From: Nostoc sp.
Lineage (GTDB): Bacteria; Cyanobacteriota; Cyanobacteriia; Cyanobacteriales; Nostocaceae
Direction: 5' to 3'
DNA: 42,094 nt
Assembly: GCA_036918135.1 (NCBI GenBank)
Contig: JBALDB010000035.1
Location: forward strand, 1-42,094
In this document: positions 11,118 through 20,749 of the stretch, one piece after another
How positions within the stretch are numbered: the first letter of the stretch is position 1
Layout: the number at the start of each line of letters is the position of its first letter
Notes under the pieces: generated by a model
Told to the model about the DNA's origin: nothing
What the model saw: only the letters and a program-made list of their open reading frames with translations
The model's database searches: none
Position numbers and translations under genes: made by a program

Positions 11118-11693
11118 CTATTGTGAAACTCTTACACAAGACGGTTGCTGACCAGAAGGAGGATCGGGAAAAATTGCTAAAGTGTGATAGTCTGGAGCAT
11201 TTTCACCATATATCACTCGAAAAGTATATAATTTGTTTCTACCTTGGTCTTCGGTAACAACTGTTAAAAGTGTATTGCTAGTTTTAGGAAGTCCAGGAAT
11301 ATTTAGTTTAGGAATTCGTCTAAGTTGAATTACGTTTGCTGCTGAGTTTTTACAATCTCCAGTATTAGTATTGGGTTCTTGACCAAATTGCATACACACT
11401 GGGCCATCAAAATCTATAGTTACTTCCGATGGATCGTTTAACCAAACTTTTTTAATTACTTCTCCAGTAGGAATAAAACTTAAGTTTGTTCCTTGTTGAT
11501 AGGAAATATCGATGGTAGGTATTAGTCCGCCTAAACCCTGTGCTTGGCAAGAAAATATAGAGCGCAGAACGGCATTATCAGCTACAGCACGGTCTACCAA
11601 TAAGAACATAGTAACCGAGAAAATTAAGGAAGCTATTGGTAGGAAATAAGAATTATCTGGGGTATTTCCTGCTAACTTAGTATTATTTTTCAT
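11118..11693 (-). CDS. exported T4SS-cluster protein, VirB9/TraK-like by position
   Basis: Signal peptide (RAVA-D); beta-rich GTNLSF...VWLNDPS...LLTVVT...YTFRV; immediately downstream of the VirB10-like gene. Confidence 0.55.
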   Translation of the reverse strand: MKNNTKLAGNTPDNSYFLPIASLIFSVTMFLLVDRAVADNAVLRSIFSCQAQGLGGLIPTIDISYQQGTNLSFIPTGEVIKKVWLNDPSEVTIDFDGPVCMQFGQEPNTNTGDCKNSAANVIQLRRIPKLNIPGLPKTSNTLLTVVTEDQGRNKLYTFRVIYGENAPDYHTLAIFPDPPSGQQPSCVRVSQ

Positions 11694-11856
11694 GGTTGCA
11701 AATGGTGAAATTGGTAGATAGAACAGGGACAGAAAAAGGCTTATCTCAAGCGTATTGGAAGATAAAATAGAAAGCTAATTACTAATTAGTATTACTTAAT
11801 CAAAAGCTCTGAGTTCCTGTTCATCCAAAGCCAGGATTCAGTCTCAACTTAAAGTC

Positions 11857-12027
11857 TAAGGGAACTTTAATAAATAAACGATCCCGTTTGAAGTTGCTGA
11901 CTGATGAGCGCCAGTTGCTACCCGACGGGTTCCGCGTTAGCGGTACAACGGGGGGAACCACTACAACGCACTGGCTCCTGATAAGTGTTGACTGTGAACA
12001 GTGGGATATTTTTTTATCAGTTCCTAA
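11857..12027. mobile_element. MITE-like element with nested short palindromic repeat
   Basis: Imperfect ends GGAACTTTAATAAATAAACGATCCC / GGGATATTTTTTTATCAGTTCC. Interior GCCAGTTGCT...GCACTGGC also seen at about 10990-11056. Right end overlaps the virB10-like stop codon. Confidence 0.55.
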
Positions 12028-13625
12028 AATTGCGTTACCTGGTTGACATATATTTCAATATTTGTACCTGCTGGCAAAAACCAAATGTTAGTTTGTTGTG
12101 ACATTTGGGCGATCGCTTGTTGATTGCGTTGGGCAATTTGGGGTACTACAGAGTTCATACCACCTTCGACAACGCCAGCTGCAAGGTTACGTCTGTTTTT
12201 AGTGACAGTAACTAGGCTTGTGGTAGTGTTGGTGTTGCCATTGTTGTTGTCGGTATATGTATTAGTGAGTGGTTGGAGTTCGGTATCAGAACGATTTAGT
12301 AACTCTGCTGCTTTACCAATACCTCCCAAAGCGAATAGTCCTAAATCCATTGATGCTATGGACGAACTTTGGCCGGGAAATTTATTTGCGATTAAAGGTT
12401 TGCCTTGAACACCGCGAACAATAATTGCATTGTTGGGTAAGCTTTGTTCTCTAGAGTTACCATTATTTTGCGAGATAACTTTAACTACGTTCATCTGCAA
12501 AAGACCTTGTTCGGAGAGGGAACGAATTTCAGCTAGGAATTCGGTGTTTGCAGGTAGAGCGATCGCACCATCCGTAGATTTTAGCGGTTGTTTCAAGCGG
12601 ATCACAAATACATTTTTCTCTCCCTCTCCTTCATCTCCACCACCCGATTTACTAGTTTGCCCAAATACCGCTGTTGCTAATACAGCTTTAGCACTAGTCC
12701 CGATGGCTACAGATTTCTCTCCCTGTTGTTGTGCTTGGCTGGGTACAGGAGTTTCCTGTTCTGCGGTTTGCTCAGGATTGGAGTTTGGTGTCTGTTGCGG
12801 TTGCTGTGGTTGGTTTGCGGGTTCGGAAGCAGCTGCGATGTTATTAGCTTGGTTGGCAGCATTTACTTGGCCATAGCTACCTAACTTTGCTAGCTTTGTC
12901 CACTGATCGAATGGGTTTGGTGGGGCAGATGGAGTGATTTGAACTACGGGTTGGGGGTTTGGCTTGACAACTGGTAGCTGGGATTTTGGCAGCGAAGCTT
13001 GAGGAGCGGGTACTCGGACGATGCGCTCAACTGTCACTGGCTGACGCACATAAACTGTTGGTGCTGGTGTTGGTATCACTTGTTGTCTGGTTCTGGAAGA
13101 AGGTGATGGTTCTACCTGTAAGGCTTGTCTGGGCGTTAGTTTTGCCATTCTCAACTGTTGTTGAGCAGCTATTACTGACTGTGCTTGTTCAGTCAAGGCT
13201 AATTTAGTTTTGAGAGTATCAACTTCCCCTTCTAGTTGTTCAGAGGTTGATTGATTTGTTGGCTGCGATCGCACTTGTGGGGAAAGATTATTTTTCGGCT
13301 TTTGATTGCTACTACTCATCAATTGCGACAAAAACACACCAGCCATCAATACTACTGCTAAGGTAGCAGCACCTACTAAGCCTAACTTGGCAAAGGGGTT
13401 AGATGAGAGGGGTTGCTCTGTCTTAACTTCTTCTGGTTCAGGCGACGGTTGCAAGATTGCAGAGTCTTCTGATGCTTGGCGTTCGTGAGAAAATTCTTCT
13501 TCAAAGCCAACCAACCTGGCCATCCGTGATTCCCAATCTAAAGATTGTATTTCTTGGCGGTCGTCGGTATCTAGAGTTAATAGACTTGGTGGAGGGGTTT
13601 CTGTCGGAATTGAATATTTAGTCAT
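12024..13625 (-). CDS. TrbI/VirB10-like T4SS core protein (likely start ATG 13625, ATGA-coupled to upstream stop)
   Basis: Cytoplasmic N terminus, one TM, coiled coil, long Pro/Gln-rich linker, then a C-terminal beta domain (GTSAKAVL...ALPANT...LPAGTNIEIYVN). Confidence 0.8.
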   Translation of the reverse strand: MTKYSIPTETPPPSLLTLDTDDRQEIQSLDWESRMARLVGFEEEFSHERQASEDSAILQPSPEPEEVKTEQPLSSNPFAKLGLVGAATLAVVLMAGVFLSQLMSSSNQKPKNNLSPQVRSQPTNQSTSEQLEGEVDTLKTKLALTEQAQSVIAAQQQLRMAKLTPRQALQVEPSPSSRTRQQVIPTPAPTVYVRQPVTVERIVRVPAPQASLPKSQLPVVKPNPQPVVQITPSAPPNPFDQWTKLAKLGSYGQVNAANQANNIAAASEPANQPQQPQQTPNSNPEQTAEQETPVPSQAQQQGEKSVAIGTSAKAVLATAVFGQTSKSGGGDEGEGEKNVFVIRLKQPLKSTDGAIALPANTEFLAEIRSLSEQGLLQMNVVKVISQNNGNSREQSLPNNAIIVRGVQGKPLIANKFPGQSSSIASMDLGLFALGGIGKAAELLNRSDTELQPLTNTYTDNNNGNTNTTTSLVTVTKNRRNLAAGVVEGGMNSVVPQIAQRNQQAIAQMSQQTNIWFLPAGTNIEIYVNQVTQF

Positions 13626-14326
13626 GGTAAAGCTTGGTTTGAATTTCCAGAACAATTTTTATCTTGGATTTCACAGACATTAGAAATTTCTAGTCTGGCT
13701 TCACCAAGGCGGTAAACTGCAAAGTGCAAAGGAATTGGCGCATTGGGTAGTGAAGTTGCTGGTTCATTTATTGCTCTAACTAAAATTTGTTTATTAAATG
13801 AAATAGATTTTCCCAATTTATCATAACTGGTAAAAGTTAATTGATTGGCAAGCATTTCTACTTTCCACCTGCCATTACTTATTTTTATAGGTTGAGAGAT
13901 TTTTTGGATTACTAATACATTTTCACTTCCTCTATTGACGTTTTCAAATTGGCGATCGGGATTTAAGTTAATCAGTTGTGACTTAAGTTTTTCCTTGAAA
14001 TTATCAGCTACCAGTTGGGAGCTAATTTCCCAGACTGTTGTTGGCGGCTGTTGCTGTGACCAGGTAAGCATTAAGCTCATACTTTCACCCACAAAGCGGC
14101 GAATAGTTTCTGGTTGTCGCTCTAAATTCTGTTGCGGGTCTCCTGTAATCACACTGCCATCAACAAGTTGTACTAAACTTTGAGGTGCGAGTTGCCGACC
14201 TAACTGTTGTAACATAGACCCGTTAAATATTAATAACAGTAAGCTCAATACATTTAACCCAAATGTTGCTACTGCTAACAATGGTAAAGCGTTACTTTTT
14301 TTGTTTTCCGATTTAAATATTTGCAT
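13622..14326 (-). CDS. bitopic T4SS inner-membrane protein, VirB8-like (paralog 2)
   Basis: Single N-terminal TM then LVQLVDG, RQPETIRRFV, MLTWS, GRWKV, FNKQILVR, shared with the neighbouring gene. Confidence 0.65.
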   Translation of the reverse strand: MQIFKSENKKSNALPLLAVATFGLNVLSLLLLIFNGSMLQQLGRQLAPQSLVQLVDGSVITGDPQQNLERQPETIRRFVGESMSLMLTWSQQQPPTTVWEISSQLVADNFKEKLKSQLINLNPDRQFENVNRGSENVLVIQKISQPIKISNGRWKVEMLANQLTFTSYDKLGKSISFNKQILVRAINEPATSLPNAPIPLHFAVYRLGEARLEISNVCEIQDKNCSGNSNQALP

Positions 14327-14400
14327 TAATAATTTATTTTTATAGTAATTTAAATTTTATATAGTAAATTCACACGAGCTTAGCTTGTTGTAAATATTGC

Positions 14401-15225
14401 TTATCTGATAAAGCTATCAGTTCTTTCTTGATTTCGGCAATCTCTTAATTGAGTTTCATTGAGGTTGTTATAGTTATCTAACAAACATAAATCGCGCATT
14501 TCATAAATTTCTAGTCTATCAGCGCGGACACTATAAATTGCTTTTTGCAGGTCGGTACTAGTATCCAGTTCGGGATTAGGGAAATAATCTGCTGTTCGCA
14601 CCAGAAAATCTTTGTTAAAAGGAGTTATAACTTTTCTATCATCGCTTCGATTTTTTTGAATTAAGTCGGCTACCATACCGACTCGCCATTTCCCTGGTGT
14701 AATTTCTTTCGGTGGATAAACCCGCTTAATTACTAACTGTGATGTCATACCTTGATTGGGATTTTCACTAAAAACTTCTGGTGGTGTGATTTCGGCAATT
14801 GTGCTTAAGAAACCTTTGCGAAAGTCTTCTGATAAAGCAAAACTGGCTATCCAACTGGTAGTACTAATTTTTTGGGTACCGCCTTGAGGTGTTCTAATTG
14901 CTATTCCTAAATCTGATTTGGGGTTTGCAACTTCTTCAATCTTTTGTGGTGGTAAGGTTCCCGACCAGTTAAACATTGCGGTCATCGTTTTGCTGACAAA
15001 TTGACGAATTGCTTCTGGTTCTCTTTTTAAATCATCAATTTCAGTTACTGGTTTACCATCTATTAATTGCACAAAATTGGGAGGTCTTCTCAGACTAAGT
15101 TGCCGAATAATTATGCCTTGAAATAAAAATAAAAGTAAGACTAATAGGTGTAAACTGAAAGTGGCGATCGCAAATATTGTTAAAACACTTGCTGTTCTTT
15201 TTCTTTTTTCTAGTAAACGCGCCAT
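14401..15225 (-). CDS. bitopic T4SS inner-membrane protein, VirB8-like (paralog 1)
   Basis: Single N-terminal TM then FVQLIDG, REPEAIRQFV, MFNWS, GKWRV, FNKDFLVR; lies between the VirB6-like and VirB10-like genes. Confidence 0.65.
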   Translation of the reverse strand: MARLLEKRKRTASVLTIFAIATFSLHLLVLLLFLFQGIIIRQLSLRRPPNFVQLIDGKPVTEIDDLKREPEAIRQFVSKTMTAMFNWSGTLPPQKIEEVANPKSDLGIAIRTPQGGTQKISTTSWIASFALSEDFRKGFLSTIAEITPPEVFSENPNQGMTSQLVIKRVYPPKEITPGKWRVGMVADLIQKNRSDDRKVITPFNKDFLVRTADYFPNPELDTSTDLQKAIYSVRADRLEIYEMRDLCLLDNYNNLNETQLRDCRNQERTDSFIR

Positions 15226-15364
15226 TCGCTCACCTCCTGCTGCAAAAAACTTCGGTCATTATATATAATGATAGATAATATATTTTTTCTACGATTAATC
15301 GATAACTGCTAGAGATGTTAATTTTTATTCTTATTATTCTTTAACTCTTTTAAATTCTTTTTAA

Positions 15365-16477
15365 TTATATTCTCTCCCTTACCAAAGAAGCCGTATTGCT
15401 GATAGCGCTGAAGACTGCAAACCCTCCAGCAGCAGCCACAAATAAGGATAAAATCGGTGCTAAAACTCCCAGAAAAATCATGAACCACATTAAGTCTGGG
15501 TCAGCATTAGGATCTTGACCTGGGCCGTTGACAATTACTGCCGCAGTCAACACAGCGATAATATTAAATGAAATCTTGGCAATTCCAATAGATAAAAACC
15601 CTGTAAGCCATGCAAAAATTGGTTTCCCAGCTACAGGTAGTAAAGACCCACCGACAGCAACCGGGCCTAGAACTGCTATTAGCAACATCGTGGCTTCTAT
15701 TAAATTTTGGAAGGCATATTGTAAGGAAACTAAAAAGTTTTTGATGCTCGTTTGGACTGTAGAACCTAATAAAGAATTAAATGAGGTTTCTGATACGGCA
15801 CCAGTGCCATATCTAATATTACCTACTTTGGTTTCTAGTCTAGTTATCCAGTTCCGATTACCGTATGAATCTCGGTATTTCTGCCAGAGAATATTCACTT
15901 TTTCAGAAGCTTTAGCAAAACATTGAGTTTGTTGTTCGCCAGTAAGTGATTGACAAGGACGTAATAAAGAACCTGCTACTTCTTCGGCAACACTCATATT
16001 GAGTGCTTGCTGGTAGACTTTATCTGCATCTGCTGTCACCAATACTTGCTGATTTGCAGTGTTTAGAAAATTCCGCACTCCTAGTGTCAGATTAGAAAGG
16101 ATACTTCCATTGCCTGAATTATTTAAGAGTATCACTACTACAAAAGGCCAAATTAATGCTGATATAGGACGTGTATATTCGTATGATAATAAATCTCTGA
16201 GGAATTGTACCATAAAAAACAACAACGTTCCTACTGCAAAAAAAATACCTATATTTGTTAGCGCTCCATACAAATTATTATTAGTATTATTTTGTAATAA
16301 ATCTAACCATTGCTTGTCCCAACCTCCAGCAATACTCTGAGAAGTTGCGGCACCATTATCGAGAATTTCATCAATGCCTACTTGAGCAAAAATTAGTGGA
16401 ATAGCAAGTTGCATTATTTTGAATATATAAGCTGTTTTTATAGATTTCGTAGAGTGTATTACGTTCGTAACGCACAT
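15365..16477 (-). CDS. polytopic T4SS membrane protein, VirB6/TrbL-like (start may be 16414)
   Basis: Two N-terminal TMs, a periplasmic loop with a Cys pair, then a C-terminal TM cluster including LLIAVLGPVAVGGSLLP...FAWL. Confidence 0.7.
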   Translation of the reverse strand: MCVTNVIHSTKSIKTAYIFKIMQLAIPLIFAQVGIDEILDNGAATSQSIAGGWDKQWLDLLQNNTNNNLYGALTNIGIFFAVGTLLFFMVQFLRDLLSYEYTRPISALIWPFVVVILLNNSGNGSILSNLTLGVRNFLNTANQQVLVTADADKVYQQALNMSVAEEVAGSLLRPCQSLTGEQQTQCFAKASEKVNILWQKYRDSYGNRNWITRLETKVGNIRYGTGAVSETSFNSLLGSTVQTSIKNFLVSLQYAFQNLIEATMLLIAVLGPVAVGGSLLPVAGKPIFAWLTGFLSIGIAKISFNIIAVLTAAVIVNGPGQDPNADPDLMWFMIFLGVLAPILSLFVAAAGGFAVFSAISNTASLVRERI

Positions 16478-16594
16478 TATGGATACTTTTATTGGGTTAC
16501 GCTGTCGCTAACTGTTTTTTAATTTTCTGTTCATTTGTTAGAAGTTTCAATATTTTAAAACTTGGATAACTTAGAGATTTTTTAGTCTAAAATA

Positions 16595-17419
16595 TTACTT
16601 CTCAACTTTTCTACCAAATAAATCTAGTTGAGAAGTAGCTCGTAATAGTCGCGCTGCTTCTGTTGCTGTTTCTACTCTACGTGCGCGATTTGCTTCTTCT
16701 GTCTGTTGAGAAATATTTGCTAAATTTAAATTTGAATATTGTAAAGACTGATTAGTTTGTAATGTCTGAGCAAATGTTTCAGCGACGATTTTCGATTGTT
16801 CCTGTTGGATTTTAATACTTTGTGATTGATTAGCATTTAGCAATTGTGCCAAAACCGCAGTAGCTGGATCAAGCTTAGTGGGATCAAAAGAGGGAATAGG
16901 AATTTGACTTAGCAAATTTTGGCTATCTTTATCAGCTGTCTGAGCAAATTCTGCAATATCTTGCAGACTTTTCTCTGTATTTTCTAACTTCGATTTTGTC
17001 CTAATTTGTCCATTTTCACCAAGAACACCTGCCACAGATCCACGAGTAATTACACGATTTAATTCATTACTAACTAAATTTCCCCGCACTGCTGCATTAT
17101 TCTCAAAGCGGTTTGATCTAGAGTCTGAATTAGAAGAGTAGAGAATCAAATTATCACGAACTTTTTTCCCCGCAGTAACGGGGTCGGGTATATTCAATTC
17201 TCCCTTAGCAGTATTCAGAGCATTTTGACTCTGTACTTCTACAGGTTTTAAGTTATCGCTGAGGTTATATTGGAAGTAATTTTGCAAATCTGTGGAATAT
17301 GATTGAAAATCAGTCCAAACCTGACCCAGTTGTGATGTACTAGTAGTAGTATATTGGGCTGCTACTGGGAGAATTGCCACAGATACTAAAGTCAAAGTCA
17401 AAATGGTAGTTTTCTGCAT
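16595..17419 (-). CDS. exported helical protein, VirB5/TrbJ-like minor pilin candidate
   Basis: Signal peptide (LPVAA-Q); Gln/Asn-rich helical body ending NLNLANISQQTEEANRARR; between virB4 and the VirB6-like gene. Confidence 0.55.
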   Translation of the reverse strand: MQKTTILTLTLVSVAILPVAAQYTTTSTSQLGQVWTDFQSYSTDLQNYFQYNLSDNLKPVEVQSQNALNTAKGELNIPDPVTAGKKVRDNLILYSSNSDSRSNRFENNAAVRGNLVSNELNRVITRGSVAGVLGENGQIRTKSKLENTEKSLQDIAEFAQTADKDSQNLLSQIPIPSFDPTKLDPATAVLAQLLNANQSQSIKIQQEQSKIVAETFAQTLQTNQSLQYSNLNLANISQQTEEANRARRVETATEAARLLRATSQLDLFGRKVEK

Positions 17420-17662
17420 ACAGCTGTATTTAAAAAAGGTAGAGGAAATTATTTAGCGAGTCGAAATTGAGTTGACTGAAGTATTATTTAAGATTTACCA
17501 AAAATAAATTATTACTATTTAGAGGTTGGACATTTTATCCACCTTTGGTTATGGGCAGGTGTCTCGCCTGCCCCACAATCACTTTTAAAATATTTTTTGA
17601 TTTGGTAGTTTTTGATTAAGTTTTTGAATTGCTATTAACTGCTCACTAATATCCTCCTGGAA

Positions 17663-20410
17663 CTAATTACTACGTAGTGTAGCCACTAACTGGCGTGCAA
17701 ATGCAGAAATTGCTTCATATTTATCGCTGTGAATTTGCATCATTTGACTACGGGCAGTTTGTTCGTAGGGGTTATTAGCAACTGCTGCCAATTGCTCGTA
17801 ACCTGGATAGTAACGGCAGAATGTATAAACACCGTTATCATCTAGCAACCATTGGCTATAAATCCCTTCTTTACGCGGGAAAAAACTTTCTGAGGCATTA
17901 CGAGCAATAACTTTACGCGGATATTTTAAGATATCTGCAAAACTATCCACTGCAACTGGCTGAATGCGGCCAATTAATCGGGTTGTTAAGTTTTGCAGAA
18001 TTTTTGATGCAGCTTTGGATTTGGCAATAGTATCGGGATCTTGTGCTGATAATATAACTCGGATACCGGCTTTAGCACCGTTAGCACATATTCTACCAAC
18101 TAAGTCGGAAATTTGTTCAAATTCAAATAAAATTGGGGCTTCGTCAATGAAGAATATGGAAGCTGGACTACTTAATGCGCGTCTTAGTGCGGCTGAATAA
18201 GCACTTAAGGATAGTACGGCTGCATCTTCACTATCAGAGAGGTTTCTGAGAGCAAAAACCAAAAGTTGGGCGTCGGTGGGAAAGCTGGATGGTGCAGAAA
18301 TGGCTTGTCCAACGCGGCTAGTCAGCCAAAATCGCAAGCGTAGCTGAATTTGACCGAGGGCGTCTTCTACTCTGCCACTAATTGAGTTGAGCTGTAAATG
18401 TTCTGGGGAACAGAAAAGTAGAAAATCTTTTAAGGTAGGGGTTTTTTGCCAAGCTAGAGAACCGAACCCCCCCGCCATCGCCAGTCGATATCGTTCTTTA
18501 ATACCTTCATCAGCAAAGAAGACTTCTAAGGCTAAGTTAAGAATCGATCGCACTGTTTGCGATAAAATTTGACTTTCGGTAGACGAGCCTAGAACCATTG
18601 TCATTAAAGCAGATTCTAGGAAGGCACTATAATCTATAAAGCGATCGCGTTGCTGTTCTGGATCTAGCGATCGTAAATCTGGTTGTTCAAATAAGTTATT
18701 TGATTGTTTGGAAATATCAAAATAGGCTCCATTCCCCTCCATAAATTCTGTATAGTCGGTGAAAGTAGATGTACCATCAGGTTTGGGGAAATCTAATGCG
18801 ATTACCGGAATGCCGTATGCCAAAGCCTGAGTTAAAATCCCCGATACCAATACAGATTTACCAGCACGAGTGGTAGCAAATAAAGCTAAATTTTTGTGTT
18901 GGTTAAACAAATCTAAATGTACTGGTGTTCCGCCTTCTTCAGCAATCAATTCAAAGCCTTGTCTATCACCTCTTTTGGTTAAAACTAAAGGCATTAATCC
19001 TGGAACTTCACTTGTTAGATATAGTTGACGACGATTGAAGGGAGTTGCTAATAAACCTTCCCAAACTATCGGCAAAGTTTGCAGCCAAATTTTCCAGGCG
19101 TATTCGGTTTCTCGAATTACCCTTGCTGGACGTTGAAAACAGTTTTCAATATATCTTGTAGCTTCATCTAATTTCTCAACAGTTGGCCGATGTACCAAAA
19201 TGGCAATACTCGTATAAATCGGGACTGCACCTTCATATAACTGTTCTTGAGCTGCTACGGATTTTCTCAACTTTAATTGAGCATTAACATCAATAGTTTT
19301 ACTTTTTTCTTGAGCTAAAATTGTCGTCATGTTTGACTGCTTTAGCACTCGTTGGAGAGTAGTTTTTACTAATGCTGGATTTGCCGCAGTCAATTCACAA
19401 AAAATTTCTGTATCTACTACTGTTTCTCTGGCTAACAGTTCCCATAAATACCGCAACTGAGCCGATTTATTTGGCCAACCACCGGGTTTTTCCAAAAATG
19501 ACAGCGTGCCAACATAACGATTTTTAACATTCACCCAACGGCGATCGGCACGAGGTACATTAGACTCCATCAGCAATGTTGTGCCGTGGATATTGTCTAT
19601 CAATAATTTACTACTAGCTAAGTCCGAATTAACTTGTTCGTGCAGTCCCTGTTCATCTAAAATAATTAATTGCGGAATATCTATGGGCTGGGTATCATTA
19701 AATCTTCTCCAGATGTCTTCCCAAAGTTCCTCTGCACTCAAAGCTTTGACATCCAATCCCATTTTATTAGATAGAATCTGCTCCCAGCGTGAAAAACCTT
19801 GTTTATAAGCATTTGTGATAACAGTTTCAATCCGCTGGTTTTCGGTTTCTGAGAGATCCCCTTTAAATTTCAACCACCATAATTCAGCTTTGACTAAAAG
19901 TTTCTCTATCCAATCGTCTGCATTTTTTGAGCTAGTTTCGACTGTATAAGTGACATAAATCCGCATAAACTTTGGCTTTCGCACACCAGATTTAGTCAGT
20001 TCTTTAATTCTCGCTCTCTCTGCCATCAACAAATATTTAATATCACGTGATGGCGCATTTCTAATCAACGCTCCTAACTCTTTTTGTCGCTCTATATCTG
20101 AGCTAAAAGATCCTAAATGCAGTGTCATTCTTTCACCGCTAGGAATATCTTTTAACCCGGCTTCAATATTATTAAAAATTGTATCAATTTCTTCTGGCCT
20201 TAAAGTGGTATGAATTCCCTTACAATCAAAACCAAAAACAAAGCAAAACCGATCCTTTTGAGTGCCTTTTGTCAACAGATAAGCGCCAATATCGCGTCCA
20301 TTCATGGAGACACGCAGCATTGTCGCCAAATGTAAGGCATCTTCAAATGGTGTTAATCTAGTTTCATTTCCGGTGACGCCGACGCTTTGTTTTCCGATTT
20401 TTTGCTTCAT
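17663..20410 (-). CDS. virB4: VirB4-family T4SS ATPase
   Basis: 915 aa; C-terminal P-loop domain with HKNLALFATTRAGKS, FFIDEA Walker B and VILSAQDP; preceded by overlapping small membrane genes. Confidence 0.85.
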   Translation of the reverse strand: MKQKIGKQSVGVTGNETRLTPFEDALHLATMLRVSMNGRDIGAYLLTKGTQKDRFCFVFGFDCKGIHTTLRPEEIDTIFNNIEAGLKDIPSGERMTLHLGSFSSDIERQKELGALIRNAPSRDIKYLLMAERARIKELTKSGVRKPKFMRIYVTYTVETSSKNADDWIEKLLVKAELWWLKFKGDLSETENQRIETVITNAYKQGFSRWEQILSNKMGLDVKALSAEELWEDIWRRFNDTQPIDIPQLIILDEQGLHEQVNSDLASSKLLIDNIHGTTLLMESNVPRADRRWVNVKNRYVGTLSFLEKPGGWPNKSAQLRYLWELLARETVVDTEIFCELTAANPALVKTTLQRVLKQSNMTTILAQEKSKTIDVNAQLKLRKSVAAQEQLYEGAVPIYTSIAILVHRPTVEKLDEATRYIENCFQRPARVIRETEYAWKIWLQTLPIVWEGLLATPFNRRQLYLTSEVPGLMPLVLTKRGDRQGFELIAEEGGTPVHLDLFNQHKNLALFATTRAGKSVLVSGILTQALAYGIPVIALDFPKPDGTSTFTDYTEFMEGNGAYFDISKQSNNLFEQPDLRSLDPEQQRDRFIDYSAFLESALMTMVLGSSTESQILSQTVRSILNLALEVFFADEGIKERYRLAMAGGFGSLAWQKTPTLKDFLLFCSPEHLQLNSISGRVEDALGQIQLRLRFWLTSRVGQAISAPSSFPTDAQLLVFALRNLSDSEDAAVLSLSAYSAALRRALSSPASIFFIDEAPILFEFEQISDLVGRICANGAKAGIRVILSAQDPDTIAKSKAASKILQNLTTRLIGRIQPVAVDSFADILKYPRKVIARNASESFFPRKEGIYSQWLLDDNGVYTFCRYYPGYEQLAAVANNPYEQTARSQMMQIHSDKYEAISAFARQLVATLRSN

Positions 20411-20735
20411 GATTAACTTCTAGTAAGCTTTGATAACGAGCAAAGCCTCTTGTCCAAGCGGGAACGCCAATAAATTTACTTAAAAAACTCCAACTTCTCC
20501 CACCAGTTAATATCCACCAAGTTCCAATTCCCCAACCAGTCATTAATAACGTCCACAGCCATTTTTGAAATTCTTCTTGGAAAAGACCACCAAAAATCCC
20601 ATTGATAATAAAGTAGGAGGCTAAGGCGATTACTGTCCAGGGAAGAATTTGATCGGCTGGAATTGGCCCTAATGAAGGTTGGCTTCCTAGAACTTGGTTA
20701 ACTGGACGAAATTCTTGTTCCCGCTCTTCTGGCAT
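20364..20735 (-). CDS. small two-TM protein, VirB3-like
   Basis: 123 aa, FRPVNQVLG...LGPIPA start, two TMs, overlaps the virB4 start. Confidence 0.65.
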   Translation of the reverse strand: MPEEREQEFRPVNQVLGSQPSLGPIPADQILPWTVIALASYFIINGIFGGLFQEEFQKWLWTLLMTGWGIGTWWILTGGRSWSFLSKFIGVPAWTRGFARYQSLLEVNHEAKNRKTKRRRHRK

Positions 20736-20749
20736 TTCTATTATCTTAA

